Assembly: GCA_951406725.2 (NCBI GenBank)
Contig: OX597814.1
Coordinates: 171,120,001-171,184,000, forward strand
Length of the DNA: 64,000 nucleotides
Source of the DNA: Octopus vulgaris
Lineage: Eukaryota
Reading direction: 5' to 3'
Below the pieces are notes generated by a model. It searched no databases and was not told where the DNA came from. It saw nothing but the letters and a program-made list of their open reading frames with translations. The position numbers and the translations under genes were made by a program. Within the stretch, counting starts at the first letter, position 1, and the number at the start of each line of letters is the position of its first letter. Below, in pieces: positions 46,045 through 58,810 of this stretch.

Positions 46045-47694
46045 CACGAAGCATTCCAGAAGCTTTAACATTTTTTCTGGAGAGAAATTTATTAATCTCT
46101 GAGAAGTACAAAACTCTAATCTCATTAACACCTCTCACTTCAACGACCTTATTATGGTCATTATGGTGTATCACCCTGAAGGGTTTAACAAATCGAACAA
46201 GCTGATCCGGGTACTTATTTTTAAAGTTTGGTACTTTTATTCTATCGGTCTTGTTTGCCGAACGGCTAAATTACGGTAACGTAAACAAGCCCACACTGGT
46301 TGTGAGGCGGTGGTAAGGGTCAAGATCCTCTCATTTCAATGACCTTCTTGTAGCACTCCAACCACTTCGTGAAGTACCCATGGAAGGCCTCTAAAGTGAA
46401 GGTGTTCAGTACCCTTCTTACAGCATCCTTCATCTTTTCAGCATCTTCAAAACGACTGCCCCTGAGATTCTCCTTCAGCGTGGGAAAAGACCAAAAGTTA
46501 CCGAGACAAAGGTCTGGACTGTAGGGAGGATGAGGAACAGTTTCGATGCCCACCTCTGTCAAGTAGTTGATTACTTGACAGTAACCAACTGCCTGGAGGT
46601 GTAGACTGATGCATTGTCCTGGTGCATGAGCTCTGGCCTTTCGCGACGAAATCTCTTCTTGAACTTCATCAAAACCGCCACAAAGTATTCTTTGTTGACT
46701 CTTTGGCTAAGGAAACCCAGCGGATACAGATGATGCCCTTGCTGTCAAGGAAGAGGAAAAGGGATCATCATGAGGTTCCCAGAGGAACTGCCTTGCCTGG
46801 ATTTTTGTGCCAGCGAAAAACAGATGTTCCGCTCATGCATGATAATCCATAAGCAGTGTGGAACCTTTCATAAATTTCAGTAGCGTTTATGTCCAGTTTA
46901 ACACAAAACCTTATTACATAGCGAGCTTCAAAAATTGTCTTCATATCCCGACTGCATTCTGCAGACAAGTCAGCTGTGACAAGCTATGCTTAGTAGGATG
47001 TGTTCAAAGTACTCTTACAGTAGTCTCCTTCAATCTTGTCTTACAAAAGTTGGCAGGTCAGCGTATTAGATAGATGTATAGTAATGATACGTGGAGGTGC
47101 GTGGCTTAGTGATTAGGGTGTCAGCATCATGATCGTAAGATTGTGGTTTCGATTCCTGGACCGGGTGGTGCGTTGTGTTCTTGAGCAAAACACTTCATTT
47201 CACGTTGCTCCAGTCCACTCAGCTGGTAAAAATGAGTAACGCTGCGATGGACTGGCGTCTCGTCCAGCTGGGGAACACATACGCCATCGAAACCGGGAAA
47301 CCGGGTCCAAGAGCCTGGTTAGGCTTTAAAAGGGCGCATTTATTAGTTGTGGAGGCACGTGGCTTAGTGGTTAGGGTGTCAGCATCATGATCGTAAGATT
47401 GTGGTTTCGATTCCTGGACCGGGTGGTGCGTTGTGTTCTTGAGCAAAACACTTCATTTCACGTTGCTCCGGTCCACTCAGCTGGTAAAAATGAGTAACGC
47501 TGCGATGGACTGGCGTCCCGTCCAGCTGGGGAACACATACGCCATTGAAACCGGGAAACCGGGTCCAAGAGCCTGGCTAGGCTTTAAAAAGGGCGCATTT
47601 ATTATTTTTTTATAGTAATGATACGCTAAAATTACAATAATCTAGGACGGTTATGACTGTCTCACATACAAAAACTTCTGGAATATTCCTCGTA
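46045..47694 (-). mobile_element. Decayed, internally deleted mariner (DD34D-type) element interrupted by SINEs
   Basis: N-terminal HTH RYVIRFCVKLDINATEIYERFHTAYG..MSGTSVFRWH (46968-46800), DSKGII, HQDNA (about 46610-46625) and HPPYSPDL...LKENLRGSRF...W..CYKK (46562-46320). TIR-like ends CACGAAGCATTCCAGAAGCTT (about 46045) and AAACTTCTGGAATATTCCTCGTA (to 47694). Confidence 0.88.
47092..47610 (+). mobile_element. SINE family C head-to-tail dimer inserted in the mariner 5' region
   Basis: Two monomers of about 255 bp (start about 47091 and 47349) with TGGCTTAGTG(A/G) / GGTTTCGATTCC boxes. A single 15-bp TSD TATAGTAATGATACG lies at 47077-47091 and 47611-47625. Confidence 0.92.
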
Positions 47695-47931
47695 TCTAGG
47701 ACTGTGTCCACTGTGTCTTTACTTGTGTATATGTGTAGTGTGTCAGTGAGTTATCTAATACACGTATCAATGGAAACCACCTTCCGCATTCAGTGAGTTT
47801 TGTGACACATGATAATATTGAAATATGTTTATTTGGATTAACCTGGAGGAAAGTCGTATGTGACGGTGCTCAATCAGTAACCCATTTAAACTCGTAACCC
47901 ACAGGTATGTTGTCCCCCCCACTCTCTCTCT

Positions 47932-47983
<52 letters not shown>

Positions 47984-48029
47984 CATATTCCTTACTAGAA
48001 TGGCCTCTGATACCATATGCCTCCAAGCC

Positions 48030-48215
48030 TAAATGATTCGCTCATCTTTTCATGCTTTTGTCACCTATTCTGTATCTTCCTGCTTAGACTTCTATAGCCA
48101 ACTCTTCCTCCAGGTACCTCGACCCTCAGCCCTCTGGAATTAAATCCCATTGCTCATGCATATTCTCCAGTGTACACATGTTCAAGCTAAACATCAATCA
48201 CATTAAACTGGTCAA
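48030..48215 (+). mobile_element. CR1/L2-group LINE 3'-end remnant
   Basis: Degenerate ...PSALWN*IP....MFKLNINHI, resembling the 'RT..LWN.LP......FK..IN' C-terminus. Confidence 0.45.
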
Positions 48216-48354
48216 GCGAGTCTTTTCCTCCTGACTAGCACCGCAATATTCAAATATACATACATACATACATACATACATACATACATACATACATACA
48301 TACACATATATTTATGTGTGTGTGTGTGTATGTATGTATATCATATCAATATCA

Positions 48355-48406
<52 letters not shown>

Positions 48407-48497
48407 ATATTAGGGAATAAATCCAAACTTACAGGGATAAATCAGATTTAGGATTAAATCCAATTTTATAGTATAAATATATTATATTATATTATAT

Positions 48498-48537
<40 letters not shown>

Positions 48538-49797
48538 TTCTTTCGGGCATTGGATTGCAGCCATGATGGGCTGCTGCCTTGAAGGGTTTAGTCGAACAAA
48601 GCCTAGTACTTATTCTATCGATAGCTTTTGCTGAATCGCTATGTTACAAGGAATCGCTATAAATCAACACCGATTGTGAAGCGCTGAGAGGGGAACAAAT
48701 GAAAAGACAACATACACACACACACTCATAGTACAAATAAAATTGCGCCTAATGACGTAATGTAATAGGCATCTATAATAACTGATAAGGTTGGTTTACC
48801 ACTTAAAACTCTCATTCGAACTGCGACCAAAAGAAAAAAGTGGTGTTGTAGGCGTGCGGCAAGGAAAGGCTACAAGTGGTTTATCATTGAGCGGGTAAAT
48901 ATCGAGTATAAGAAAGAATGAACAGGCAAACAATTGTTATCAGTTTAGAGGGTGAAATTTATGATTTAAACACAACTGTAGAGTTGTTACTAGTGTGTGT
49001 GTGTAAATATATATATATATATATACACACACACGTCAGCTTCTTTCAGCTCCGTCAACCAAATCTACTCACAAGACTTTGATCGGCCCGAGGCTATCGT
49101 AGAAGACGCTTACCAAAGGTACCATGCAGTGTAACTGAAACCCAGAACCATGAAGTCGGGAAACAAACGTCTTACCATACAGCCTAGCCTGCATATATGC
49201 CACTAAGGTCAAGACTGCCTTCCAAACTTTCTTGATCGAAAAATTTAGGCAACAATTCAGTCCACTTGTAGGTTGAAGTGATTGTTAGATCGCCAGTCAA
49301 GACAGTTTGCAGTTTCTGTCGAAGTCATTTGCGTCCTGATGGCAACGCATGTGATGACACTAGTACTGAGATGTATCGGCCCTGATCAATGGCATAGAAA
49401 AGGAAGACTTGCATTCATGAACAACTGCATGTCTTTCACAAAATACATTGCTCAGACTTGAGTCGTGGAGAGATACTATGTAAGATTGCAGATACCCATA
49501 AAAAAAAAATGGCGCTGTGACATCGAACAAATTTAAACTCTATTTTTTCTTATATTAAATATTTAATTAGTTATAATATACGTAACTGTATTCTACAGTC
49601 ATTAATTTCGTGTTTCAGTAACATTGTCATTATATATGAAACTGACAACTACTGATATAGGTAATTAAAGAGTTAGAAAGAATTGTCGAAAAAGTGCCAA
49701 TTTTGAAAAATGTATCAGCGGGGAGTGGTCCCTCCCTTTGCTCCCTTATTAGTTACCCACTGTCTATTGGTCATTGTCAGTCGCAGAAGACTGGCAG

Positions 49798-50030
49798 GGC
49801 GGCGAGCTGGCAGAACCGTTAGCACGCCGGGCGAAATGCGTAGCCGTATTTCGTCTGCCGTTACATTCTGAGTTCAAATTCCGCCGAGGTTGACTTTGCC
49901 TTTCATCCTTTCGGGGTCGATAAATTAAGTACCAGTTACGCACTGGGGGTCGATGTAATCGACTTAATCCGTTTGTCTGTCCTTGTTTGTCCCCTCTATG
50001 TTTAGCCCCTTGTGGGTAGTAAAGAAATAA
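49798..50030 (+). mobile_element. SINE family B, full length
   Basis: Matches the consensus. Flanks AGAAGACTGGC / AGAAAACTGGC. Confidence 0.9.
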
Positions 50031-50384
50031 GAAAACTGGCTGCGACCTTACTCATCTTCAAGACACCCGTTCCCTCCAAGTATTTTTTGGAACCAGTGTT
50101 GATTAAATGTACTTTTGTAGATATATCTTTAGCCAAAAACTTGATTGAGATTTCAGTTGCATTAATTTTATTTTAAAAAAAATTAAAATCATTTATATTT
50201 AATTATTCTTAATCTTTAATTTCACAATTAAAAAAAAAAGATTGAAAGTGAAAAGCAGTTACCCTCAATTAACGAACTGAAATCGTTATTTAAAACATAG
50301 TATCTTGAACATACATAGAAGTTTATACACCCAAACATTTTAGATTACATACCGCCACCAAAGAGTATTTATTTTATTGACAAA

Positions 50385-50553
50385 TAGGCGCAGGAGTGGC
50401 TGTGTGGTAATTAGCTTACTTACCAACCACATGGTTCCGGGTTCAGTCCCACTGCGTGGCAACTTGGCAACTATAGTCTTCTACTATAGCCTCGGGCCGA
50501 CCAAAGCCTTGTGAGTGGATTTGGTAGACGGAAACTGAAAGAAGCCCGTCGTA

Positions 50554-50616
<63 letters not shown>

Positions 50617-50840
50617 TTGTGTGTGTTTGTGTGTCTGTGTTTGTCCATCTAGCATTGTTTGACAACCGATGCTGGTGTGTTTATGTCCCCGTTACTTAGC
50701 GGTTCGGCAAAAGACACCGATAGAATAAGTACTGGGCTTACAAAGAATAAGTCCCGGGGTCGAGTTGCTCGATTAAAAGGCGGTGCTCCAGCATGGCCGC
50801 AGTCAAATGACTGAAACAAGTAAAAGAGTAAAAGAGTAAA
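50385..50840 (+). mobile_element. SINE family A, full length
   Basis: AGGCGCAGGAGTGGCTGTGTGG...(TA)n...GAAACAAGTAAAAGAGTAAAAGAG. Confidence 0.92.
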
Positions 50841-51548
50841 ATATTTCATCCAGCAACATGCTTCAACCACCTTACATACTTTTTTACCCCGTTCTGTCTC
50901 TTCTATTCTGCATGAATACTTTCTGCTTCTCTGGAAAGACAAACAGTACACCATCTCAATCCAAATTTACTTGAGAGGGCCGCTTACGCCCTTTATATCT
51001 TTGAAACTCTGTCTTATCATTTCGACTTCATCTTACAAAGCACTACGTCTCAGAGCTGCTTCTTTCTTGAACTCACCCCTCTCGCTTCTTCTCCTTCTCT
51101 CTCCTTTATTTTTTAATTTCTTATCTTTTCATATTGGATCAAAATACAGACGCTTATGTTAAACATTAACCTCATCGCCTCTCACCAGTCTGATCGGACC
51201 TGCGTAATCCTTAGGCACAGCACGTCCTCCTCCTCCTCTGACCGAGCTGGAAGCTGTGACTTCAAATCTTCTTCTGAACTGCATGAATGACGTAATGAAT
51301 GACGTAAAAGAAGTAAAATGGCTTAAATTGAAATTCTCATCTGAGTTTCCGATTTGACTGACCAGGTATTTTTACTTCCATTTCTAAATACCCACGTGTA
51401 AGAAAATATGATACATGAGATTTTCGTAACTGAAGTGGAAATGCTTCAACGAAAAATCAAAAACATATCGTGGTCTCGTTTGCCGATAACGTTACTCTAC
51501 TTACTTTTCGACGATCAACAATAATTAGGATGTATTACAACATCTAAG

Positions 51549-51840
51549 GTGGAGGCACATGGCAGCGGACTCGCGGTCGAGGGATCGCGAGTCCGAATCT
51601 CAGACAGGGCGGTTTGTATGTTTATGAGCGATACACCTAAGCTCCACGCGCCTCCGGCAGAAGGTAACGGCGAACTTCTGCTGACTCTTTCGCCACAAGT
51701 TTCTCTCACTCTTTCCTCCTGCATCTTGCAGCACACCTGCGACGGACCGGCGTCCCGTCCAGGTGGGGAACCTATACGACAAGGAAGCCGGGAAAACGGC
51801 CCTAATGAGTCAGGCGTGGCTCGAGAAGGAACAAACAACA
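51549..51840 (+). mobile_element. SINE family D (tRNA-Arg-like head with a deleted D-arm, tail shared with family C)
   Basis: Head GTGGAGGCAC..GGCAGCGGACTCGCGGTC matches 53681-54066. The tail CTGCGACGGACCGGCGTCCCGTCCAG.TGGGGAAC matches family C. Confidence 0.8.
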
Positions 51841-52554
51841 TTATATAAGAGGTACAAAATTGTGGAGAAGAGACAAAATTAATTGAACTGAACTCTAGCG
51901 CATAACAGGTATTCATATTATCTAACCTTCGGGAAGGAACAGAGAAATTCTATTCAAAACCGATGGAATTTGAATGTAGAAGTATGAAATTATAGTTAGC
52001 ATTTGTTGTTGCAACTGATTAGCCCCGGTAATTTGTTTTTTAATTTGGTTTGGAGAAATAATAGAAATTTGGGTATACAGAGGAACGGCATTTTCCAACA
52101 TTTTAGTTCACGAGAAGAGAGAAACTTATAATCTATAACTTCTTCCTTCCCAACCTCAACCTTCCGAGTCTTGGTGTACTTATTTCCATCACTAGTCTGC
52201 TAAAATGGAGATGTCTTATGGCCTCTGCAGGCTGTCCGTGAGACCAGTGAGATTGACGATGCCATTAAAATTTCGCTTAAAGTGTTACAAATGGACGACA
52301 TATACTCTCTGTATATGCCTGTCCTGGTGTCATGTACCTATAGAGAGAGAGAGTCTAAATTTCATACACACTCGGCATATGAAAGACGTTTAATAATGAG
52401 AATCCATTTTGACAAATGAGTCAATACTATAAAGTACTACTGGACTTTGACTAACACAAGGTATCATCAGCATGTCACTTCTTTCCTATCTGGGACACCT
52501 ATATGTGTGTGTATATGTGTGTGTATGTGTACCTGTGAGTGTGTATATGTGTGC

Positions 52555-52609
<55 letters not shown>

Positions 52610-53366
52610 GAGGTGCATTGCGGAGTAAGGAATATACCTTTTCGAACCTTTGTCCTTAATTTGAGATTGAGGAAAGAGAGGTGTTGTCACCTTCGTGGGC
52701 AAAAAATTAATAGGTTTCAGTGGAGGCGGTACATGTCTTTCAAACTAAAATATCAATGATTGTGCTCCTTACAATAAATATTTGGTCTTCATTATTGGAA
52801 ACACCAACCCAGGAACGAAATTTACTTCAAGTTCAAGAATACAAGAAACTGGCGAAAATTTCTAGATGGGTACCCACAATAGAGCAAACAAATTTATTTC
52901 ATGAAAATAATCCTATTGTGTCTACCGTGGCATGCGCCGAGAGATCCCTTTTTGACCAACACTCTATGAAACCTTGTCTGTCCCTGGGTTATGGTTTACC
53001 TCCAGCATTCTCCCTAATGACCTAGCTTCATTATGTCCAACAACGCCCACTCTTACCGTTCATTCTTTCCTAACCTTACTGGACCACACAAAATTCGCAC
53101 ATAACTTAGACACCGCATACCAAACATGTACTGATTCCATGAACGGAAATCTCGAAAGCACCTTCCAGTGGAGCCATGCGAATCTTGTTAACTTTAACAG
53201 TAATGACAAAAAAAGGTACTAATCGAATCATGGAAACATCATTGTTCCCCATCCCACTTAAACATGAGCAGTACTCGACTAAAGCCCCTGTGACCTCTCC
53301 AAATGTTTGGACTTACTATTACAGAAGATCTCTCCTGGCGAAATTGCATCCTAAACATAGCTATGA

Positions 53367-53603
53367 AATAAAAATAAATGCGCCCTTCTAAAGCCTAGCC
53401 AGGCTCATAGGCCCGGTTTCCCGGTTTCAATGGCGTATGTGTTCCATCGCAGCGTTACTCATTTTTGCCAGCTGAGTGGACTGGAGCAACGTGAAATGAA
53501 GTGTTTTGCTTAAGAACACAACGCATCGCCCGGTCCAGGAACCGAAACCACAATCTTACGATCATGATACTGACACCCTAACCACTAAGCCACGCACCTC
53601 CAC
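53367..53603 (-). mobile_element. SINE family C monomer with a small internal deletion
   Basis: Reverse complement of the 47349 monomer. TSD AAACATAGCTATGA at 53353-53366 and 53604-53617. Confidence 0.92.
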
Positions 53604-53680
53604 AAACATAGCTATGACACATCTCAAAGATTAGCCCTTCGCTTCAGAGCTAGAAAACTCTTCAGCTCACAACAATTGCT

Positions 53681-54066
53681 CTCTTAAGCACTCCGTCGGT
53701 TACGACGACGAGGGTTCCGGTTGATCCGAATCAACGGAACAGCCTGCTCGTGAAATTAACGTGCAAGTGGCTGAGCACTCCACAGACACGTGTACCCTTA
53801 ACGTAGTTCTCGGGGATATTCAGCGTGACACAGAGAGTGACAAGGCCGGCCCTTTGAAGTACAGGTACAACAGAAACAGGAAGTAAGAGTGAGAGAAAGT
53901 TGTGGTGAAAGAGTACAGCAGGGATCACCATCATCCCCTGCCGGAGCCTCGTGGAGCTTTTAGGTGTTTTCGCTCAATAAACACTCACAACGCCGGTCTG
54001 GGAATCGAAACCGCGATCCTATGACCGCGAGTCCGCTGCCCTAACCACTGGGCCATTGCGCCTCCA
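53681..54066 (-). mobile_element. SINE family E, full length, tRNA-Arg(TCG)-like head (possibly the octopus OR-type SINEs)
   Basis: TGGAGGCGCAATGGCCCAGTGGTTAGGGCAGCGGACTCGCGGTC...GGTTTCGATTCCC boxes. TSD CACA(A/G)CAATTGCT at 53668-53680 and 54067-54079. The OR family name is from memory and unverified. Confidence 0.88.
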
Positions 54067-54474
54067 CACAGCAATTGCTAACATAGTGTGGAAAGCTCAA
54101 GTGACACTCACAGTTGAGTACTGCATCTACATCTAGCAGATACTGTTGTTCTAGACCGCACCCAGAGAAGGTCCGCTTTGCTGACAGGCATAACACCCCT
54201 CACAGACGAGCTCCAGTTTCTGGCCCAAACGTGTTCTGCCTCTTCTCTCTACTTTTCTACAATAATGGTCACTGTTCATCGGAATTAGCAGGTTATGGGT
54301 TAACGCCACTCGGATGCTCCAGACTTGCTCGTCTCTCCTTTCATCACTCATGTTGTATCCAAGCTCCAGAAACCAACTAATCACAGTATTCAGTTCTTCC
54401 TTCACAAGGCGTCGATACTCTATTATCTCCTCCTTGCAGGTGTCGATTTGCAACAATTTAAGTAGAATATTAAC

Positions 54475-54705
54475 TGTTTCTTTATTACCCACAAGGGGCT
54501 AAATATAGAGGGGACAAACGAGGACAGACAAACGGATTAAGTCGATTACATCGACCCCAGTGCGTAACTGGAACTTAATTTATCGACCCCGGAAGGATGA
54601 AAGGCAAAGTCGACCTCGGCGGAATTTGAACTCAGAACGTAACGGCAGACGAAATACGGCTACGCATTTCGGCCGGCGTGCTAACGGTTCTGCCAGCTCG
54701 CCGCC
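54475..54705 (-). mobile_element. SINE family B, full length
   Basis: 17-bp TSD TTAAGTAGAATATTAAC at 54458-54474 and 54706-54722. Confidence 0.92.
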
Positions 54706-55089
54706 TTAAGTAGAATATTAACGCCATCCGTCTCGCCGGTTTCAGAAAGCCTGAAAAGGCCAGAGGTACTGCCATTTTCTCCAGAACTAACAAGTAAATA
54801 AATACATAAAATGAAATAAAAAATTAAAAAATCAAAAACCCAGATATCTAACTTTTTGTTTCTTTTCTTCCTCACATTCATTCTATGCACATCACATTTT
54901 TCAAATTTTCATCGCTTTCTCGCAATTTTTCCGTCTTTTCCGCCTTTACTTTTTCATTTCTCGCCTTTATCTCCAACTCATTGATGACGTTACCTTCCAT
55001 CGAATCCAAGCCATCAGCCAGCCAATCGGATCGTCCATCACACACACTACTCCTCTACACACACACACACACTGAGAACTAGATTAATT

Positions 55090-55500
55090 TTCATTTCAGC
55101 GTCCATTCTGCCACTTCAGCACACCATCGTCCGCAACTTTGGTTCTCAACAAACTTCAAATCAGATTCAGTCATTTCCGAGCCTTCACAATTTTCCTTCA
55201 AAGTCTATGAGAATTTTTGCTCAAAAGTTCTCTTTTCCCTAGCCACATTTAATCTGGAACCTCCAATTGTTCCCTTGTCAATGCCATACTAGTCCTTTCA
55301 TCTCCTAAACGACCTTCTACTAAATCTTAACTTCACAGTCAGCCGACCAACCATTTCGATTGTACATCTTCTAATACTAATATATTGCATAGCAAGCAAA
55401 CACTGTATCACCCTATACATATGCCAATTGGGATGCTGTTTAGACGACCGAATCTGTGAACATTCGTCGTCTGTAACAAAACCTACAGTGTCCATAAACC
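55090..55500 (-). mobile_element. Possible highly decayed RTE-like LINE fragment
   Basis: IQCLL.....RRCT....GRLTVKLRF loosely resembles the Cys-rich insert of some RTE-clade ORFs. Weak. Confidence 0.3.
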
Positions 55501-55930
55501 TGTAGCCGATATTTTGACTTATCAGGACACAAGACAGAGACCGCTTAGTTTATGGTATTCTCCGGTGGCATGATGCAGCTAACTCAAGTAAATGCAAGAA
55601 AAATTATCTTCTTTTCAACTTGTGAACTTCTACTCCTCACCGTATAAATGTACACTTTAACTCCCTATGAGTCTCTGCCTTCTTCTGCCTTTTTCAAGCT
55701 CATATTTTCTTTCTATTCTTTCTATACTGCAGCACGGAATTTTGTCAGTGAACAGGTCGCAGTCTCAAAGTGATGAAAATATTTTGGCAAATTAAATTTA
55801 AATTTTGAAGTGAATCTAACGGTTTTTGTGTGTTTCTTAAATGGCTTATAAACACCTTCCACGCTGCAATTATTCTATATCTATATTGTATCTATGTTTG
55901 CGTATACAAGGATGTATGTATGCATGTATG

Positions 55931-55964
<34 letters not shown>

Positions 55965-57294
55965 TGTATGTATGTATGTATGTATGTATGTATGTATGTA
56001 TGTGTATGTTTGCATGTATGAATGTATGTATATGTGTATGTGTGTGTGCGTGTGTGTGCGTGTATATTTGTGTCAGTATATATCTGTATTTGTGTATGTG
56101 TGTATGTATGTATGTATATGTTGTCATACATATGTGCATGTATGTATATGTATATATGTATGCTATACATTTGTTTATGTATGCATGTTGCATTGGGTGT
56201 TTGCTTTAAAATGTGCCATATGTTATATGTGTACGTAGACACACACCCATGTAAATGTATATATACGTGGATGTCTTCGTTTCTGATACGACCTTACGTG
56301 TGCGCACATGCATGGGCGTATGTACATGAGAGCAATCAATTTCTTTGGCAACTACTGACCAAATAATTCGCCCTTTCTCAATTAGGAATATTCAATGGTT
56401 GCCTTTTACTCACATTTTGCGTGAGGTTGTTCTTTGTCCACCTCCGCTTATGCTTACCGTTCTTCTTCCTTCATTCGAATTCCTTTTTATTATTTCTTTG
56501 CTCGATGCATTGGTTCTTTCAATATCCCATGTCTTTTTAATTCTTTGCTTTCTCTACCTTTGTTCATCATGCACATCAGACTTTTGACTGTTATATATCA
56601 ACACCCACACTCCCCCTGTCTCTCTGTTTCTCTCTCCACCTTCAATCTTACATCTCTATCAACTCGGTCCACACATACACACACACACACGCACACACAC
56701 ACACACACAACACATACATGCACATACATCATTCCTTCGGCTTCAGTTATTTCAGAATGATTTGCCTACGACCAAAGTGATAACACAATTTTCTCTTCCC
56801 CCTTCTCTCTCGTTTTTCTAACTTCTTTACACTCAGGTGAAAGACAAAGGTCCGAAACGTTAGATTCCACTCTTTTCTATAATTTAAAATATCTAGTGTA
56901 ATTCTGGTGGATTAATTGTTGCTGACACCGACTATTAACAGGTTATTAGAATTCTAAACTTTTGAGTGTTCTATCCTTCAAACCACGCTGTTCCGTTTTA
57001 GATAAGAAAGACTACTGTTGTCTTAGATATATTACGTCTGAAAAATAAAAACGATTAAAATATTCAAGACTAATATATCTTTAATCTTAAGTCTACTGTG
57101 TCTCACAGACCTTGGGCTAAGCAACAGACGTAGAAGAAACTTGTCCAAGGCGTCCTGCAGTAGATTAGAACTCGAAGCCTTATGGTTGCGAGACGAATTT
57201 CTTAACGACAGTTATGACTGCATTACGGGTACTAGTGTTTCGGATGAGTGGTTAAATACTGCTTTGTCTTCCTTCATTTTGGTACATATTTTTT

Positions 57295-57705
57295 GACTTT
57301 ACTCTTTACTCTTTTACTTGTTCATTTGACTGCGGCCATGCTGGAGCACCGCCTTTAGTCGAACAAATAGACCCCAGGACTTATTCTTTGTAAGCTTAGC
57401 ACTTATTCTATCGGTCTCTTTTACCGAACCGCCAAGTTACGCGGACGTAAACACACCAGCATCGGTTGTCAAGCGATGTTGAGGGGACAAACAGATACAC
57501 AAACACACACACACACACACACACACATACATATGCATATATACGACGGGCTTCTTTCAGTTTCCGTCTACCAAATCCACTCACAAGGCTTTGGTCGGTT
57601 CGAGGCTATAGTAGAAGACACTTGCCCAAGCTGCAACGCAGTGGGACTGAACCCGGACCATGTGGTTGGTAAACAAGCTACTTACCACACAGCCACTCCT
57701 GCGCC
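57295..57705 (-). mobile_element. SINE family A, full length
   Basis: Reverse complement of the consensus. Older fragments lie at about 44690-44845, 48538-49190, 57100-57220 and 62085-62700. Confidence 0.9.
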
Positions 57706-58810
57706 ACTTTGTTGAGAAATGGAAATCATCCATTTTTTTAAGTCCATAGATTATAGTCATAGAGTTTCATTTTTCCTTTATATAACTAATTCTTTCGATT
57801 ATGAATCACAACTGAGATAAAGGTAACAAAATAGAAGAATAATTGCAATATTGCTGTATTAAATCGTCTCTGAATCGATTCAAATCCTTCTTTCATCATT
57901 GTTCAAAGTCTGTAAAATAAGTTTCTGTTGAGTTTTTACATTTTCGGACTTCAGACTATTAATCACGTTTTTAGAGGTCGAAATTTATAAACCACCTCCT
58001 ACACGACCATGCACGCTTTATCTCTGATCATCGTCAAGAGCCTTATTTCTATTCGTGTACCAGAAACCTTTATTTCTAAACAAAGAGTTATGACATTCGT
58101 AACCGTTAGGACAATGACACATGTAGAATTGCTTAGTAACCATTCGGACATTTATATATTTGGACAAATATGAGCTATACTGAAAATTCAAAGAACTATA
58201 AAACAAATATTCATCCTGTTCACAAGTATTATAAACTAGTTTCTAAAGTAGGTGCAAGATCTTATATTTAGGATGATAGAGAATAATCTGTTATATTAAC
58301 CATAGTAACATAACTGGTACATTATTTTATTGTTCCCCAAAAGATGAACGGCAAATCAAGCTTAGGAGCAAAAGAAAGCTTGCACTTTGTGTTCATTTTT
58401 GGTCTATCTTGAACTTAAAATCAGAATTAATCGCTCCTTGCATGCACAACCCCAAATACTTATTGAAGATGCTAAAAACGACTAAACAACAACTGGCTCT
58501 ACACAGCAAACGAAACACCAGTCAAAGTTTAATTTCAAAACTCGACACCACTCATACCTTACATAATCTCCCCGCACATCCACTACCCCTCACCACCACC
58601 ACCACCACCACACACACATATGTGTATCGTGCACGGTTGCCATCGATTCTGAAATGATAAATGTCAAAGTCGACCTGGCGGAATTTATAATGAGAGAAAA
58701 AAAACGTAAAGTTACGCAACTAAATGCAGCAAGGTATTTTGTCCATCACGCTACCATTTCTGAAAATCCAGCACCATCACAGGTGTAATAAACTTGACTT
58801 GATTATCTGA

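Larger units (their letters stand above)
52780..54400 (+). pseudogene. Decayed CR1/L2-group LINE ORF2 (RT and C-terminal region), split by two SINE insertions
   Basis: Collinear degenerate motifs SVPG...PNDL, NLESTFQWSHANLVNFN, GLTITEDLSWRNCILNIA | TSQRLALRFRARKLFSSQQLL | KAQV..TVEYC and LFYNNGHCSSELAG. Confidence 0.8.

Noticed and set aside
49715-49765. CCCTTATTAGTTACCCACTG resembling a DNA-transposon terminus
   Set aside because: I could not find the matching opposite terminus or a TSD.
53990-54066. tRNA-like sequences at the heads of families A, B, C and E
   Set aside because: They have A/B boxes but no complete cloverleaf, and they continue into SINE bodies with TSDs. They are not tRNA genes.
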